IMG/VR virus record: IMGVR_UViG_3300038335_000129
DNA from: an uncultured virus (IMG/VR IMGVR_UViG_3300038335_000129)
Taxonomy: Duplodnaviria > Heunggongvirae > Uroviricota > Caudoviricetes
Strand: one strand, 5' to 3'
DNA length: 64,000 nt
The position numbers were made by a program, and so were the translations under genes. This document shows positions 27,197 to 37,179 of this stretch, in pieces (positions within the stretch are counted from its first letter, which is position 1; each line of letters starts with the position of its first letter). Under the pieces are notes generated by a model. It made no database searches and was not told the DNA's origin. It saw only the letters and a program-made list of their open reading frames with translations.

Positions 27197-28837
27197 CTAA
27201 TCTAAAATATCGTCATAGGCTGACGTTTGGCAGTGAACAAACCCGCTCGAATAGTAGCGAATCGTGCCAAGTCCAACGTTTTGAGCTGCATTATAAAGAT
27301 AATCAACCCCAGCGCCCGGGATGTATCCGTCGCAGGCTCTGCCGTAAAGATGTTCTGAGTTCGGAACGCCGTCATCAATGTTATTCTGATGCTCGCACCG
27401 GGCGGCGGATGTAATCACAAACTCCTGACCAGTGTTCTCACACACTTGATTAAGTTTGTCCTTCAGCTCCTGCACGCAATCTAGACCACAGCCACAGGCG
27501 CACTTAAATGCACCTTCTGAAAAATGATTGGTTCCAGAATAATTCGAACTACCGGATGCATTACCGCCATCCCACGCATATACAGCCAAGGCATACTCAA
27601 TCCGAGCGCCCATTGCATCGCCACCAGAACGCTCAAACGCTTGTTCAAACAGCCTTGCTGCTTGTTCCGGATCTGTCAGGCTTTTGAATGCGTCCAAACT
27701 CGGCAAATCTGTATAAATCGGAAAGCAATCAGATTCAGCGCCAGTTGTCACTTCAATGTAAAAATAATCAAGCTGCAGTTGCATGTCATTCGCGGCGCAA
27801 TTATTAGCGGTCGCGTAAGCTTCTAGCCCCTCGCGCCGACCACCAAGCCATTGCAACAAACCATAAGCACCAGACGAGCTGTTTTCAGCGTTGGGATCAT
27901 ACCCAGATTCCAGCTCCATATTCCCCATAACGCCGGCCGTCGCAGCCTTGGAAAATCCTTTATTAATCAAGAATGTCCAAATGCGGCCTTTGGGTGTGTT
28001 TTCTCCGGCTCCGGCCACCGCTTTGACCGGCGGCACATATCGAGAAACCTCATCCGTCGGGTAGCAATTAACCACCGTCGAGAAATTGCCGCTGTGGGTC
28101 CCGTTCTCAACCCGGAATAAGCCAGACAGATACCGGCTTTCTAGCCGGAACACAGAGCCAACCGTCAGCATTGGGTTAAGAAGGGATGTTACTCTATAGC
28201 CCGTGGCCCCGTTCGAATCTGTATAGGCTTCCGGACTTCCGATTAATCCGGTACTGGCATTTAATAAAATCCCGGTATCAATTTCATAGACTGAATCGAC
28301 AATATAGATAATATTGCATCGTACAAACATGAATGAATTTGTTTCGGCCACAAGCTGTTTGAGCGCCGAATCAATAGTTCCGCTGATCACCTTACCATCG
28401 GTATAGGTGATATCGCTGGTTAATTTGACCGTCCCAACTTCAAGCCCGACCTTGCTAAGTAAATCTTTGGCAATATAACTGGCCTGTGTCCCGGGCGCGT
28501 AAGAAAGTGACACGATCTGTGTCAAAATCACGCTGATATCCGGCGTTACCATAAGCTTAAGGGCCCGGTCGACTTTATCGCTCGATGTTTCAATGTCCGA
28601 AATCTTCCCCGATAATACGTTTCCCAAATTACCGTTATATCCGGCGTTTAATATCAACGTTTGACCATCTCTAATATTGCGAATGGTTTCCGGGGTAAGA
28701 TTGTAAATCGTGACGTCATTTACCGGCTGCTCATCGTCTTTATTAAATGCGATATTGAAATCAGTTTCCAGATCCGGCATTATGACGCCATTTATAATTA
28801 ACTGCTTTTGTCGCTTGAATAAATTACTCACTGGCAC
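27197..28837 (-). CDS. Baseplate hub with phage tail lysozyme and M15 peptidase domains
   Basis: Hub N-terminus (TGLIGSP), AGVMGNMELES...YGLLQW, and NSEHLYGRACD...FVH. Confidence 0.82.
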   Translation of the reverse strand: MPVSNLFKRQKQLIINGVIMPDLETDFNIAFNKDDEQPVNDVTIYNLTPETIRNIRDGQTLILNAGYNGNLGNVLSGKISDIETSSDKVDRALKLMVTPDISVILTQIVSLSYAPGTQASYIAKDLLSKVGLEVGTVKLTSDITYTDGKVISGTIDSALKQLVAETNSFMFVRCNIIYIVDSVYEIDTGILLNASTGLIGSPEAYTDSNGATGYRVTSLLNPMLTVGSVFRLESRYLSGLFRVENGTHSGNFSTVVNCYPTDEVSRYVPPVKAVAGAGENTPKGRIWTFLINKGFSKAATAGVMGNMELESGYDPNAENSSSGAYGLLQWLGGRREGLEAYATANNCAANDMQLQLDYFYIEVTTGAESDCFPIYTDLPSLDAFKSLTDPEQAARLFEQAFERSGGDAMGARIEYALAVYAWDGGNASGSSNYSGTNHFSEGAFKCACGCGLDCVQELKDKLNQVCENTGQEFVITSAARCEHQNNIDDGVPNSEHLYGRACDGYIPGAGVDYLYNAAQNVGLGTIRYYSSGFVHCQTSAYDDILD

Positions 28838-29135
28838 TACCCACGTATAGGAATACCGTCACATTTAAGTTATCCCAGGTAATCCGATCAGCTTGACCGG
28901 TTGGGTCCATCGGCGTGACGCTTGGGAAATTTAGATAGCCATGGCCACTTAGAATCGGTTTGTTGAGAACCAGCTTTTCTCCGGTTGTCAATACTTCGCC
29001 TGTGCTGTCAGTGACTGCCACGGTGAAGAAATCCTTGACCGCGTTGTAATGAATCTCTAAATTAAAAGTGGTCTTATTCAGGCGGATATCGAACTTATAC
29101 GGGATCATCGTCTTATCAATGCTGATATAGTTCAT
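28824..29135 (-). CDS. Small baseplate protein
   Basis: Position between the tube-initiator-like and hub genes. Confidence 0.6.
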   Translation of the reverse strand: MNYISIDKTMIPYKFDIRLNKTTFNLEIHYNAVKDFFTVAVTDSTGEVLTTGEKLVLNKPILSGHGYLNFPSVTPMDPTGQADRITWDNLNVTVFLYVGSASE

Positions 29136-29986
29136 TCTCGAAGTACCGCCTGCAATCCACCGTTTTTCAGGTTATTCATTTGCGTCGATACAAATGCTTC
29201 ATCGATTACCGTCACCACTCCGGTTGCAATACCGACTTCCTTTAGTGCCAACGTAAAAGCAGCGCCCCCTTTAAGGGAAACGCTGCGATCGGTTGTAAAT
29301 GAAGAAATCAACATATTTTGAGCTGTATCGACGCCAACATACCGGAGCAAAGCAATGTCTTTGACATAGCCCCGGATTATTTCAATTTTTTCCTGGGCAT
29401 CATCACCTACGATAATGCCGCTAACATTCATGGTCGTTGGGTTGTTCTGGGCGTGGTCACTGATGGTTCCGCCCTCAATGGGCTTGTCGGTAATTTCATT
29501 ACTCACGGTGGCGCTTTCGCCGGTGGTTGAGGTAAATATCACATCACCCAGCTTACACTTTAGACTATCCTCATACCATTTTTTAAACGCCTCATTGCTC
29601 GCAGCGTCGACGATCTGAATCTCGACTGCTTCCATGCGGAGCGATTGCCCAACCGATCCAACAATGGCACCATCTATTGCCCAATCCGTCCAGCCGACGT
29701 TTTCCACATGAACCCGGTACCAGACATGCATTTCAGTATCGTCCAGAAGCTCAATTTTGAAGGCCTCCATTCGGAGACCCTGTCCTTCGGTTCCGGCGAC
29801 TTCTCCCCGGCTCACCCAGTCCTGCCAGCCCACGTTCTGGACGTGAGCTTTATACCGCAACCGGTAATCGGAGTTGATAATCAAAGCTTCTAGCCTCAAA
29901 CCAAGGCCAGTGGTACCGATTGTCTCGCCATCACTTTTAAACTCAGTCCATCCAACGTTTTGCACATGGGCTTTTCCTTCTATCAT
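29132..29986 (-). CDS. ChW repeats fused to a tail tube initiator/Dit-like domain
   Basis: Three HV[QE]NVGW repeats, then ITDKPIEGGTISDH. Confidence 0.75.
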   Translation of the reverse strand: MIEGKAHVQNVGWTEFKSDGETIGTTGLGLRLEALIINSDYRLRYKAHVQNVGWQDWVSRGEVAGTEGQGLRMEAFKIELLDDTEMHVWYRVHVENVGWTDWAIDGAIVGSVGQSLRMEAVEIQIVDAASNEAFKKWYEDSLKCKLGDVIFTSTTGESATVSNEITDKPIEGGTISDHAQNNPTTMNVSGIIVGDDAQEKIEIIRGYVKDIALLRYVGVDTAQNMLISSFTTDRSVSLKGGAAFTLALKEVGIATGVVTVIDEAFVSTQMNNLKNGGLQAVLRE

Positions 29987-29995
29987 ACTGCCCTC

Positions 29996-32278
29996 CTATG
30001 CCGTTACTGGCGGATTTCTCAAGTTTAACTTTTTGAGATATCGTTCCATTTTTGCTTCCCACGCATCCGCCGCCGAGTCGACAATTTCATTAACATCTGC
30101 ACCATTGCCGACACTTATGTGAATTTCTGTTTTGAAGGTGATCGGGGCGCTGCTGCCAGAACCTGAACGGACAGACATTTTTGTTCCTGATTTTGCGGAA
30201 ACTGGGTTATCGGATTCACCGATTCCTGCACCCCCGCCGCTTATTCCGATGCTCATATCTGTGCTTAATCCGGAAAGTGCGTTATTAACCAAGTAAGCGT
30301 TGCTTGTAATTCCTCCCGCTAATCCGCGCATCATATCAGGCATCCATTCCTCGTAGTAATGTAGCGGACCCTCATCAGGTCTTGAGAAGTGTAAAAATGC
30401 CGTGATTTTATCGGCGACCGCTTGAACCGCGCTGCCAACAGAATCTGTGGCACCCATGATCCCATCAACTAGCCCCTGAACCATGTCAGAACCCCATTCG
30501 AGGAACTGCCCGGGCAATCCAGCTACGTAAGACACAGCCCCTTCGAAAGCACCATTGATAGACCCGGATACTCCACTAAATGATTCGCCAATTCCGGCTG
30601 ATATGCCCGAGAAAAACCCCACTGCGCCATTCCATGTATTTGTAACGCCATCATATGCGCCAGTAAATATAATCCCAATGGAATTTCCCGCAGACGAAAT
30701 CCCTGCTTGGATATTCGTTCCAACTTGACCGAAAAACGTTCCGACACTACTCCATGCGCTTTTAGCATTTTCTGCCCCAATAAAAAAAGCCGTCAAATTC
30801 TCAACGACCCCTACAATTGATGATCCAACACCTTTTACGCTATCAGCAACGCCTCCCCAATTACCAGTGCCCAAGGACGTCCAGAAGTTGGCAATATTTT
30901 GAACCCATGATGCCACACTTAGAACAACCCCAGCACCAGCACTCTCGACTTGAATCCAAAGATTCAGGAGGTTGCCGGCCCATTCGCCCAGTTGCCCAGG
31001 ATTGAATTCTTCGTTATTTCTGTTTACGGTATTAAAGAATAAGTCCCAAGATGTTTTCAATGAGGCAAAACTTGCTTGAATGTTCGGTGTATTTTCTTCG
31101 ACTTTTTTCTTTATTCCATCATAAGCCGCATTAAATCCATCGCAGGCGGTTCGAAATCCATCCCCAACCATATAAATAATTGAATCCAATCCGCTCAGCG
31201 CTGCGGGATCTCCGATGCCCTGGAATCCATCAGTCAAAAACGTTACCTTTTCTCCGGCGGTTTTCAGTCCATCAGTCAAATTCTTCATAACACCAACGGC
31301 CATGCCAAGGGCTGGTTTCCCGATAACGCCAAGGAAATCTGACCAAGCTTGCTTGACGTTCCCGACTTGGTTTTCCCAACCGTCAGCTTCTCTTGCGGCC
31401 TGACCAGTCGCTCCGGCTAACTTTTGCATATTTTGAGCATATTCCAGACGTGTCGCCTGTTTCGTCGCTTCATCCAACTCAGACCACGCGCCAGTTGAAC
31501 TGACAAGACCTTTCTGGATCGCATATTGAGCCATTTGAGTGTCATTTGCAAAAAGCCCGATAGACTCGCCGCCTTCATAATTCCCCTTAATAAAGCTCGC
31601 TAAGGCGCTATTTGCATCTGCATAAGATTTATCATAAAATGCCGCTGCATCTGCGCTGGCTGTTACCGCTTCGGTTGCTTTTGCCATGGATGATTCAGTA
31701 TCAAAGCCTAAGCCTTTAAACATCGACGTCATCTGAGCCATGGATGGTTTTAATCTGTTTGGTACCATTCCAAATTGACCCGACATACTATCGACCGCTT
31801 TTTGGGCCGCTGGCTCTAAATCGCCAAATGTTTGAGTGAACTGTGAGGAAATAGCTTTAGCTGAACCAGCCGATTCCAATGCAGCCGCCCCAAATTCGAT
31901 TATTTTATCTATTGCAAACGTCGCTACTATCGCCGCCCCGGCAGCTTTAGCTTTACCAATCAGTGAGTCAAAACTGACGCCGTTGATATCGTTTATTGAT
32001 TTTTTCGCCTTCGCTGACCCGGAGCTGCTTGTCCGGTCAATCTCTGACCACGCCTTTTTCATCGCGTCTGATTGGTCCATGCCAGCCTTGCGATAAGCGG
32101 CTGCTAAACTCGCGGCTTGTGATCTTTGACTTTTGGCGCTGTTGTCTGCCGCTGATTCCATTTCTTTATAAGACGATGCTACATTGGCTTTCATTTTGTC
32201 GGCTGCGTTGTCCATGGCTTTTATGCCAGACGTATCACTTTTAAATCCGATACTAAACGCCATATTCCGTAAATCCAT
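29996..32278 (-). CDS. Tape measure protein
   Basis: Ala/Gly-rich helical 760-aa protein after the chaperone, with a HFSRPDEGPL motif. Confidence 0.9.
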   Translation of the reverse strand: MDLRNMAFSIGFKSDTSGIKAMDNAADKMKANVASSYKEMESAADNSAKSQRSQAASLAAAYRKAGMDQSDAMKKAWSEIDRTSSSGSAKAKKSINDINGVSFDSLIGKAKAAGAAIVATFAIDKIIEFGAAALESAGSAKAISSQFTQTFGDLEPAAQKAVDSMSGQFGMVPNRLKPSMAQMTSMFKGLGFDTESSMAKATEAVTASADAAAFYDKSYADANSALASFIKGNYEGGESIGLFANDTQMAQYAIQKGLVSSTGAWSELDEATKQATRLEYAQNMQKLAGATGQAAREADGWENQVGNVKQAWSDFLGVIGKPALGMAVGVMKNLTDGLKTAGEKVTFLTDGFQGIGDPAALSGLDSIIYMVGDGFRTACDGFNAAYDGIKKKVEENTPNIQASFASLKTSWDLFFNTVNRNNEEFNPGQLGEWAGNLLNLWIQVESAGAGVVLSVASWVQNIANFWTSLGTGNWGGVADSVKGVGSSIVGVVENLTAFFIGAENAKSAWSSVGTFFGQVGTNIQAGISSAGNSIGIIFTGAYDGVTNTWNGAVGFFSGISAGIGESFSGVSGSINGAFEGAVSYVAGLPGQFLEWGSDMVQGLVDGIMGATDSVGSAVQAVADKITAFLHFSRPDEGPLHYYEEWMPDMMRGLAGGITSNAYLVNNALSGLSTDMSIGISGGGAGIGESDNPVSAKSGTKMSVRSGSGSSAPITFKTEIHISVGNGADVNEIVDSAADAWEAKMERYLKKLNLRNPPVTA

Positions 32279-32477
32279 CTATTTAACCTCCTTTCCGCCA
32301 TGGTGGCACATTTAATCAGCACCACCATTTTTGCTTTCTTCCAGAAGTTGCTGATAGTAATCCAAGGCTGCATTCGCTTCCAAGAGATCTTCAGCATCCA
32401 TGCTCGAAACATCTCCATAAGACATGCCGCCCTCAAAGATAAGGCGCCAGATAAACCATCCTTCTTTAGCTAAATCC

Positions 32478-32750
32478 TCATAGTATTGAGGGCGATTTTC
32501 CGTTTGCGTACTGTTGAAAGTTGATGGCGAAATCCATCACCGCTTCTACCTCTTCATACTCGTCAAAATCATCCATGCTCACTTGCGGGTTTACAATGAT
32601 ATGTTTAAAGATCTCATCATAGAAAGCGTGCGGGATTCTCATGCCGTTTTTATCGGTAGTTCGGTACTGAATTTTAAGCCACTCCCGAGGCGGGACCTTC
32701 TGAAATGTGTACTCCTGACCATTTATCGTTTCTTTTTCTGTTAATGCCAT
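32478..32750 (-). CDS. Tail assembly chaperone (G-like)
   Basis: Lies between the tube and tape measure genes. Confidence 0.75.
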   Translation of the reverse strand: MALTEKETINGQEYTFQKVPPREWLKIQYRTTDKNGMRIPHAFYDEIFKHIIVNPQVSMDDFDEYEEVEAVMDFAINFQQYANGKSPSIL

Positions 32751-32771
32751 CTTTATTTCTCCTTATTTGTA

Positions 32772-33173
32772 TTATTGAGTTGTGTAGTCTGCTGCTGCGA
32801 ATTCATATTCACGTTCCGTTGACTTGGGACCGTATTTTTTAACCGCCGTCTTCTTGACTCTTGCCTGGGTGCAACTTGCATTAATACCGCCCGTGTTTAA
32901 ATCAACAAGCTGAACCGGGACGATCGTCCCCTCTCTGGCCCATTTTTCATAAACAGCACACGTCGGCGATGTCTGCTGCAGTTTGATCTTAAAATAACCA
33001 GTGCTGTTATTTGTGTCCGACCACTCAACGTCGCCTTTCATCCCAACCGATTCGGTAAATGCATCTACATTAGGTCCGCACTCCATGGCATCACCTTCTG
33101 CTAGACCCGTTGCAATCCGGCCGTCGGCAACAAAATTAGTATTTTTCCCGTTGTAAGTTTTTGCTTCCGCCAT
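32772..33173 (-). CDS. Tail tube protein
   Basis: VGMKGD...IKLQQTSP motif, follows the sheath gene. Confidence 0.8.
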   Translation of the reverse strand: MAEAKTYNGKNTNFVADGRIATGLAEGDAMECGPNVDAFTESVGMKGDVEWSDTNNSTGYFKIKLQQTSPTCAVYEKWAREGTIVPVQLVDLNTGGINASCTQARVKKTAVKKYGPKSTEREYEFAAADYTTQ

Positions 33174-33189
33174 TTCTCATCATCCTTTC

Positions 33190-34182
33190 TTAAGCCGCTA
33201 ACTCGCCGCTAATAGGGTCAGCACCCTCAATTGCGCCAGCCAGGTAAGCGAACCATTTGATTCCGTTGTATTTCCGCGCCGCTCGATCAACCTGTGAAAC
33301 ATCAGACCGGCTTATGGATGTAATGCTAAACTGAGGGACGTTATTTTCGATTAGAATGATCCCTTGCAAAGCGGCTTTGCTGAGTACGTTCGTTGCAACA
33401 CCTACAAGCGAAGCAATCCCATCTTCTGAATAACCGATTTTCGAAACCTTAACGGCCAAATCGTGCATCTCTTTTTCCATGTTGTAATTGATCCAGTCCT
33501 CGCCTAAAACAACGTCAAAATACTCACCTGACGCCGTTTGTGACCCGGTTGTTTCCAGATTTCCCATTTCTTCAATATAGGTTACGCCGTGTGCGGCTCT
33601 CAATGTTGCCAGCTCCGGATCAGTAAGAACCGCCTCGGTAACGCCCAGGACCTTTTTAAACTTAGCTGTTGCGCTGCCAATCGGGTTGGTTAACATAATT
33701 GATAATAGACCCTCCATTACATAGGCGTCAGCCGCATGGTGGAATCCTCTGAAGGTTCTTTTTGAAGTGGGTACTGATATGTCTGCCAATGTCTGAGTCG
33801 TGACCACATAAACCTTCTCCTGATCGTCAACCCAAGCATCCAAAGCCGTGATTGTCGCCGTTGTGTTGTCAGTACAGACTAAGCCATACCAGTTTTTATT
33901 GATCAGCGTATCCAGTTTTGCAGTAATCTCGGCCGGTGTCGCCGAAGCATCGCCAACAATCGAAATCCCTGACGGGCTTAATTCCTGGTTAAAGATCCGG
34001 GCAGCCATTTTATAGGTATCCGTTGTATTTGCGAAATCTTCCAATACATCTGTCAACTCCGCGTATGTGGTGTACGGGTGGTCCGTATCCGTTTCAAACA
34101 ATAAAATACCACCAAACTCTTTTCGCACTTCAACCGCAGTGCTGAGTTTGATGATCGATTTAAAGTCGTTTAATCTACTCAT
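33190..34182 (-). CDS. Tail sheath protein (short type)
   Basis: GEYFDVVLGEDW...KIGYSEDG...LAGAI motifs. Confidence 0.8.
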   Translation of the reverse strand: MSRLNDFKSIIKLSTAVEVRKEFGGILLFETDTDHPYTTYAELTDVLEDFANTTDTYKMAARIFNQELSPSGISIVGDASATPAEITAKLDTLINKNWYGLVCTDNTTATITALDAWVDDQEKVYVVTTQTLADISVPTSKRTFRGFHHAADAYVMEGLLSIMLTNPIGSATAKFKKVLGVTEAVLTDPELATLRAAHGVTYIEEMGNLETTGSQTASGEYFDVVLGEDWINYNMEKEMHDLAVKVSKIGYSEDGIASLVGVATNVLSKAALQGIILIENNVPQFSITSISRSDVSQVDRAARKYNGIKWFAYLAGAIEGADPISGELAA

Positions 34183-34690
34183 TTGTTCCTCCTGTTATAT
34201 TTATTTCTTCCATTGTCTCAACAATTCGTGAGGCCTCCGTCGTGATCCGGATGATCGCATCGAATCCATATCGATGCTCATAATGGTCAACGATCTGAAT
34301 GGTACGATCTCCAACCGCTTCCACGTCAGCGACCACCGCGTTGATATCTTGAAGCTCATAATAAAGACTATGATTGACCGTATCCAGGGTAAGTTGGGCC
34401 AGTCCGTTGGCATCAAAAGCCGCCGCAGCGTAAGCCATAAAACTGATTGTGAAAGTGGGTTGTTCTATCGCCGTTTCTTTGATATCAAACTCAAATAACG
34501 GGTTTGTGCTGGTTACCAGTTCACTCTCAATGATCGGCTGGCCTTCCGTTTTTCCCCGGGCGGTGGTGATCTTGTAGCTGACATAGGGGTAATCCGGTTT
34601 TTTGCCGACATTGTCGGTCGGGACCACTGGCAAATTCAGGATCTCATGGAGCCGCTTGACGATTAGTTTGGTTACTGTTACCGCACTCAT
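34175..34690 (-). CDS. Tail terminator-like protein
   Basis: PDYPYVSY motif and position. Confidence 0.65.
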   Translation of the reverse strand: MSAVTVTKLIVKRLHEILNLPVVPTDNVGKKPDYPYVSYKITTARGKTEGQPIIESELVTSTNPLFEFDIKETAIEQPTFTISFMAYAAAAFDANGLAQLTLDTVNHSLYYELQDINAVVADVEAVGDRTIQIVDHYEHRYGFDAIIRITTEASRIVETMEEINITGGTNE

Positions 34691-35034
34691 TGGTTGTCGC
34701 CCCGTTTCAGGATGTAAATGTGAAGGCCACCACCATATCTGCTATGGTTTTTGTCCTGCGCCACAGCATACTCGATCCCGTTATCCTCAATCTTTTCGCC
34801 CTTTTTAAATCTCGAATAGGTGTAAAGCTTCTGATCCTCGGATGTGTACGTCCCACCTTTGTCATACTTCAAATCCTCATATGACAGCGGCAGCAACGCA
34901 CCCTGAAACGGAGTCGTTACCATCGTCCCATCAACCCAGACGCCGCCATTGTCGTAGTCATAATGGCCATCGACGTAGCTGATATGATTCAAGGTTGTCA
35001 TTACCAGTGCCAGTATTTTGGGTGTAGGTATCAT
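34687..35034 (-). CDS. Head closure-like protein
   Basis: Position in the neck module. Confidence 0.55.
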   Translation of the reverse strand: MIPTPKILALVMTTLNHISYVDGHYDYDNGGVWVDGTMVTTPFQGALLPLSYEDLKYDKGGTYTSEDQKLYTYSRFKKGEKIEDNGIEYAVAQDKNHSRYGGGLHIYILKRGDNQ

Positions 35035-35546
35035 TTTTTCACCACCTTGTAAGTGATCTTTTCTCTGAGTTCGCCAGTATCAATCAAAGGATTGGTTTTA
35101 CCGCCGTTCTTATCAACCGTATACGGGTGTTTCTCAGGGCTACTAAGGTCCGTCATAAATTCCTGGATAAACCTTACGCACTCGATTCCGATCCGATTTT
35201 GAAATTGCGAAACGCTGATTTTCATCAAGACAACCTGTTCCAGCAATTCCTCAATAATCCGCTCCATTTTGGCCTTATTCGCATCATATCCGCCACGGAT
35301 ATAGCTTCTTTCTGGAATATTGATGTGAGTTGTTTCAGGTTTTAAATGAAGCCCCGTCGCCCCAAGATAGCCCCGCATTTTGTCGGTAACTTTAATTTGG
35401 AACCCAAACTCATTTACGTGTGCGATCATCAGGATCTTAGAATCTTCATCCGCCTGAATTCCGACATGTATCTCAAAGCTGGTAATCTCCTTCATCACAT
35501 CCAGTAACAGGCCGACATTGCTCACATCTTTTACATAATCAGCCAT
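35031..35546 (-). CDS. Neck / tail completion protein
   Basis: NEFG...IPERSYIR...NPLIDTGEL motifs. Confidence 0.7.
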   Translation of the reverse strand: MADYVKDVSNVGLLLDVMKEITSFEIHVGIQADEDSKILMIAHVNEFGFQIKVTDKMRGYLGATGLHLKPETTHINIPERSYIRGGYDANKAKMERIIEELLEQVVLMKISVSQFQNRIGIECVRFIQEFMTDLSSPEKHPYTVDKNGGKTNPLIDTGELREKITYKVVKK

Positions 35547-35547
35547 G

Positions 35548-36165
35548 TCAGAACCTCGGCGCCCGATGCTGCATAAGTGATGGCAATATGGACCGCATAT
35601 AATCCTTGTCCCATTCCCAGCGCACATCGGATATCGAAAATGATTTAAGCCCGGCAGCACCATCAGTTAAGGCCATGGCTCCGTTGATCATGGAGAACAG
35701 CGCCGCTTCAATGTCGTAAGGAAGCGTCCGTGGTTCTTCCTCGGTTTCGTCCTTTGGTAGCACATAGCCAGCTGTATAGGCAATCTCAATGTTCTTGGAC
35801 TGCTGAACCATGAAATTTGAGATTCCATAATGTAATCCCGATGCGCCCCATGGCCGGGTTCCCTCAATGATGCCAGATTCATCAAACGAATAATCTGATT
35901 CATTAACCGTTGATCCATTGATCTTTATTGAATCGATACCAAGAACTGGGTAACTCTTCACCTGAATAGTCAAGCGATTGTTCCCCTTGACCTTCTCGGT
36001 GTATTGTGCTTTTTTTAGCTTTCGACCCAGAATGTTTTCAATTTCCTGACTGGCGCTGTTAATCAAGAATTCCAGCTTGAAATCTTGGCTGGTATCCGCT
36101 TCAGCAATGCCATTGAACTGCTTCAGTCGTTCAACTGTGGTTAAAGCATTAGACGCAAGCGCCAT
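35548..36165 (-). CDS. Head-tail connector (adaptor)
   Basis: LTTVERLK...LINSASQEIE...YTAGY motifs. Confidence 0.75.
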   Translation of the reverse strand: MALASNALTTVERLKQFNGIAEADTSQDFKLEFLINSASQEIENILGRKLKKAQYTEKVKGNNRLTIQVKSYPVLGIDSIKINGSTVNESDYSFDESGIIEGTRPWGASGLHYGISNFMVQQSKNIEIAYTAGYVLPKDETEEEPRTLPYDIEAALFSMINGAMALTDGAAGLKSFSISDVRWEWDKDYMRSILPSLMQHRAPRF

Positions 36166-36328
36166 GGCTTATCACCTCTTTCGCCTGATTAATAATCAAA
36201 GAGATGTCGCCGATTTTCATAAATGTTCCTTCGAATTTTTCCATTTGCTCATTCAATTCTTTTACTAACGCCAATGCTTTTTCAAGTTCAGATGTATCAA
36301 CTTTTATTTTTAATTCCATGGTCCACCT

Positions 36329-36640
36329 CTAATTCGCAGCGTCATGGATCGCTTGTACCAAATCATCTTTATTCAATTTTGAATAACCAGCGACCCCCAT
36401 CGTTTTTGCGATCTCTTTTAATTCCTCAACAGTTCGGTCGGATAGTTCATCGTGCTTGGTTTCTTCCGGCTCCATCACCTTTTGTTCCATTGGTCCAGCT
36501 TCCAGATTATCGGCATAGCCTTTTAGGATAAAGGCATCGGCCAGCTCCTTGGGGAGATCGTACTCAACGCCCTCTTCAAAGGTCTGAATAGTGATCCCGT
36601 TCAAACTCCCAGGAACCGTTTTTAACATCTTTATTTTCAT
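36329..36640 (-). CDS. Small protein with a Rho-N-like HeH domain
   Basis: TVEELKEIAKTMGVAGYSKLNKDDLVQAI. Confidence 0.7.
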   Translation of the reverse strand: MKIKMLKTVPGSLNGITIQTFEEGVEYDLPKELADAFILKGYADNLEAGPMEQKVMEPEETKHDELSDRTVEELKEIAKTMGVAGYSKLNKDDLVQAIHDAAN

Positions 36641-36758
36641 GGTGTTAACCACCCTTTCTTTTCTCTCAATAGGGGTTATCGCCCCCGTTTGAATATCAAC
36701 TTTGCTATGCTCGGTTAACTTATCAAACAGAGACGGCCCACTTTGAAATAGCATTTCC

Positions 36759-37166
36759 CTACGCTACAGGAGCGAATTGTGGATGCCCTTGAACAGCAGT
36801 AGCCCCAACAGTTCCCCCGGTGGTCACATTGGTAGAAACAACCGATAACCGCACGTAACGCTTATTGCCCCGGTACCCGATTTTACTGACCTTGTTATCA
36901 TCCGTGTCGGCTGCAAAAGAAGCGGCTGCTTCGGTACCCAGCAGATCAGCATCGGCCACAGCTGCAGCATCAGACAAGGCGCTGTTATCGCCTTCGTGGA
37001 TCAGCAGGGTATAATCACCATCAGTAATGGTCCCGGTCTGGAAAACAAAGGTAAGGTCGCCAAAACCCTTTGTGTCGATAATTGCCCCGGCAGTTGTGGT
37101 ATTCGTTGAGATCGCCTGAATGTTCAGGGCGTTTGATACTTTGATGTTATTTTTCATATCTTTCAT
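36759..37166 (-). CDS. Putative head decoration protein
   Basis: Immediately after the capsid gene, with a GYRGNKRYVR motif. Confidence 0.6.
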   Translation of the reverse strand: MKDMKNNIKVSNALNIQAISTNTTTAGAIIDTKGFGDLTFVFQTGTITDGDYTLLIHEGDNSALSDAAAVADADLLGTEAAASFAADTDDNKVSKIGYRGNKRYVRLSVVSTNVTTGGTVGATAVQGHPQFAPVA

Positions 37167-37179
37167 TATTCATTCCTCC

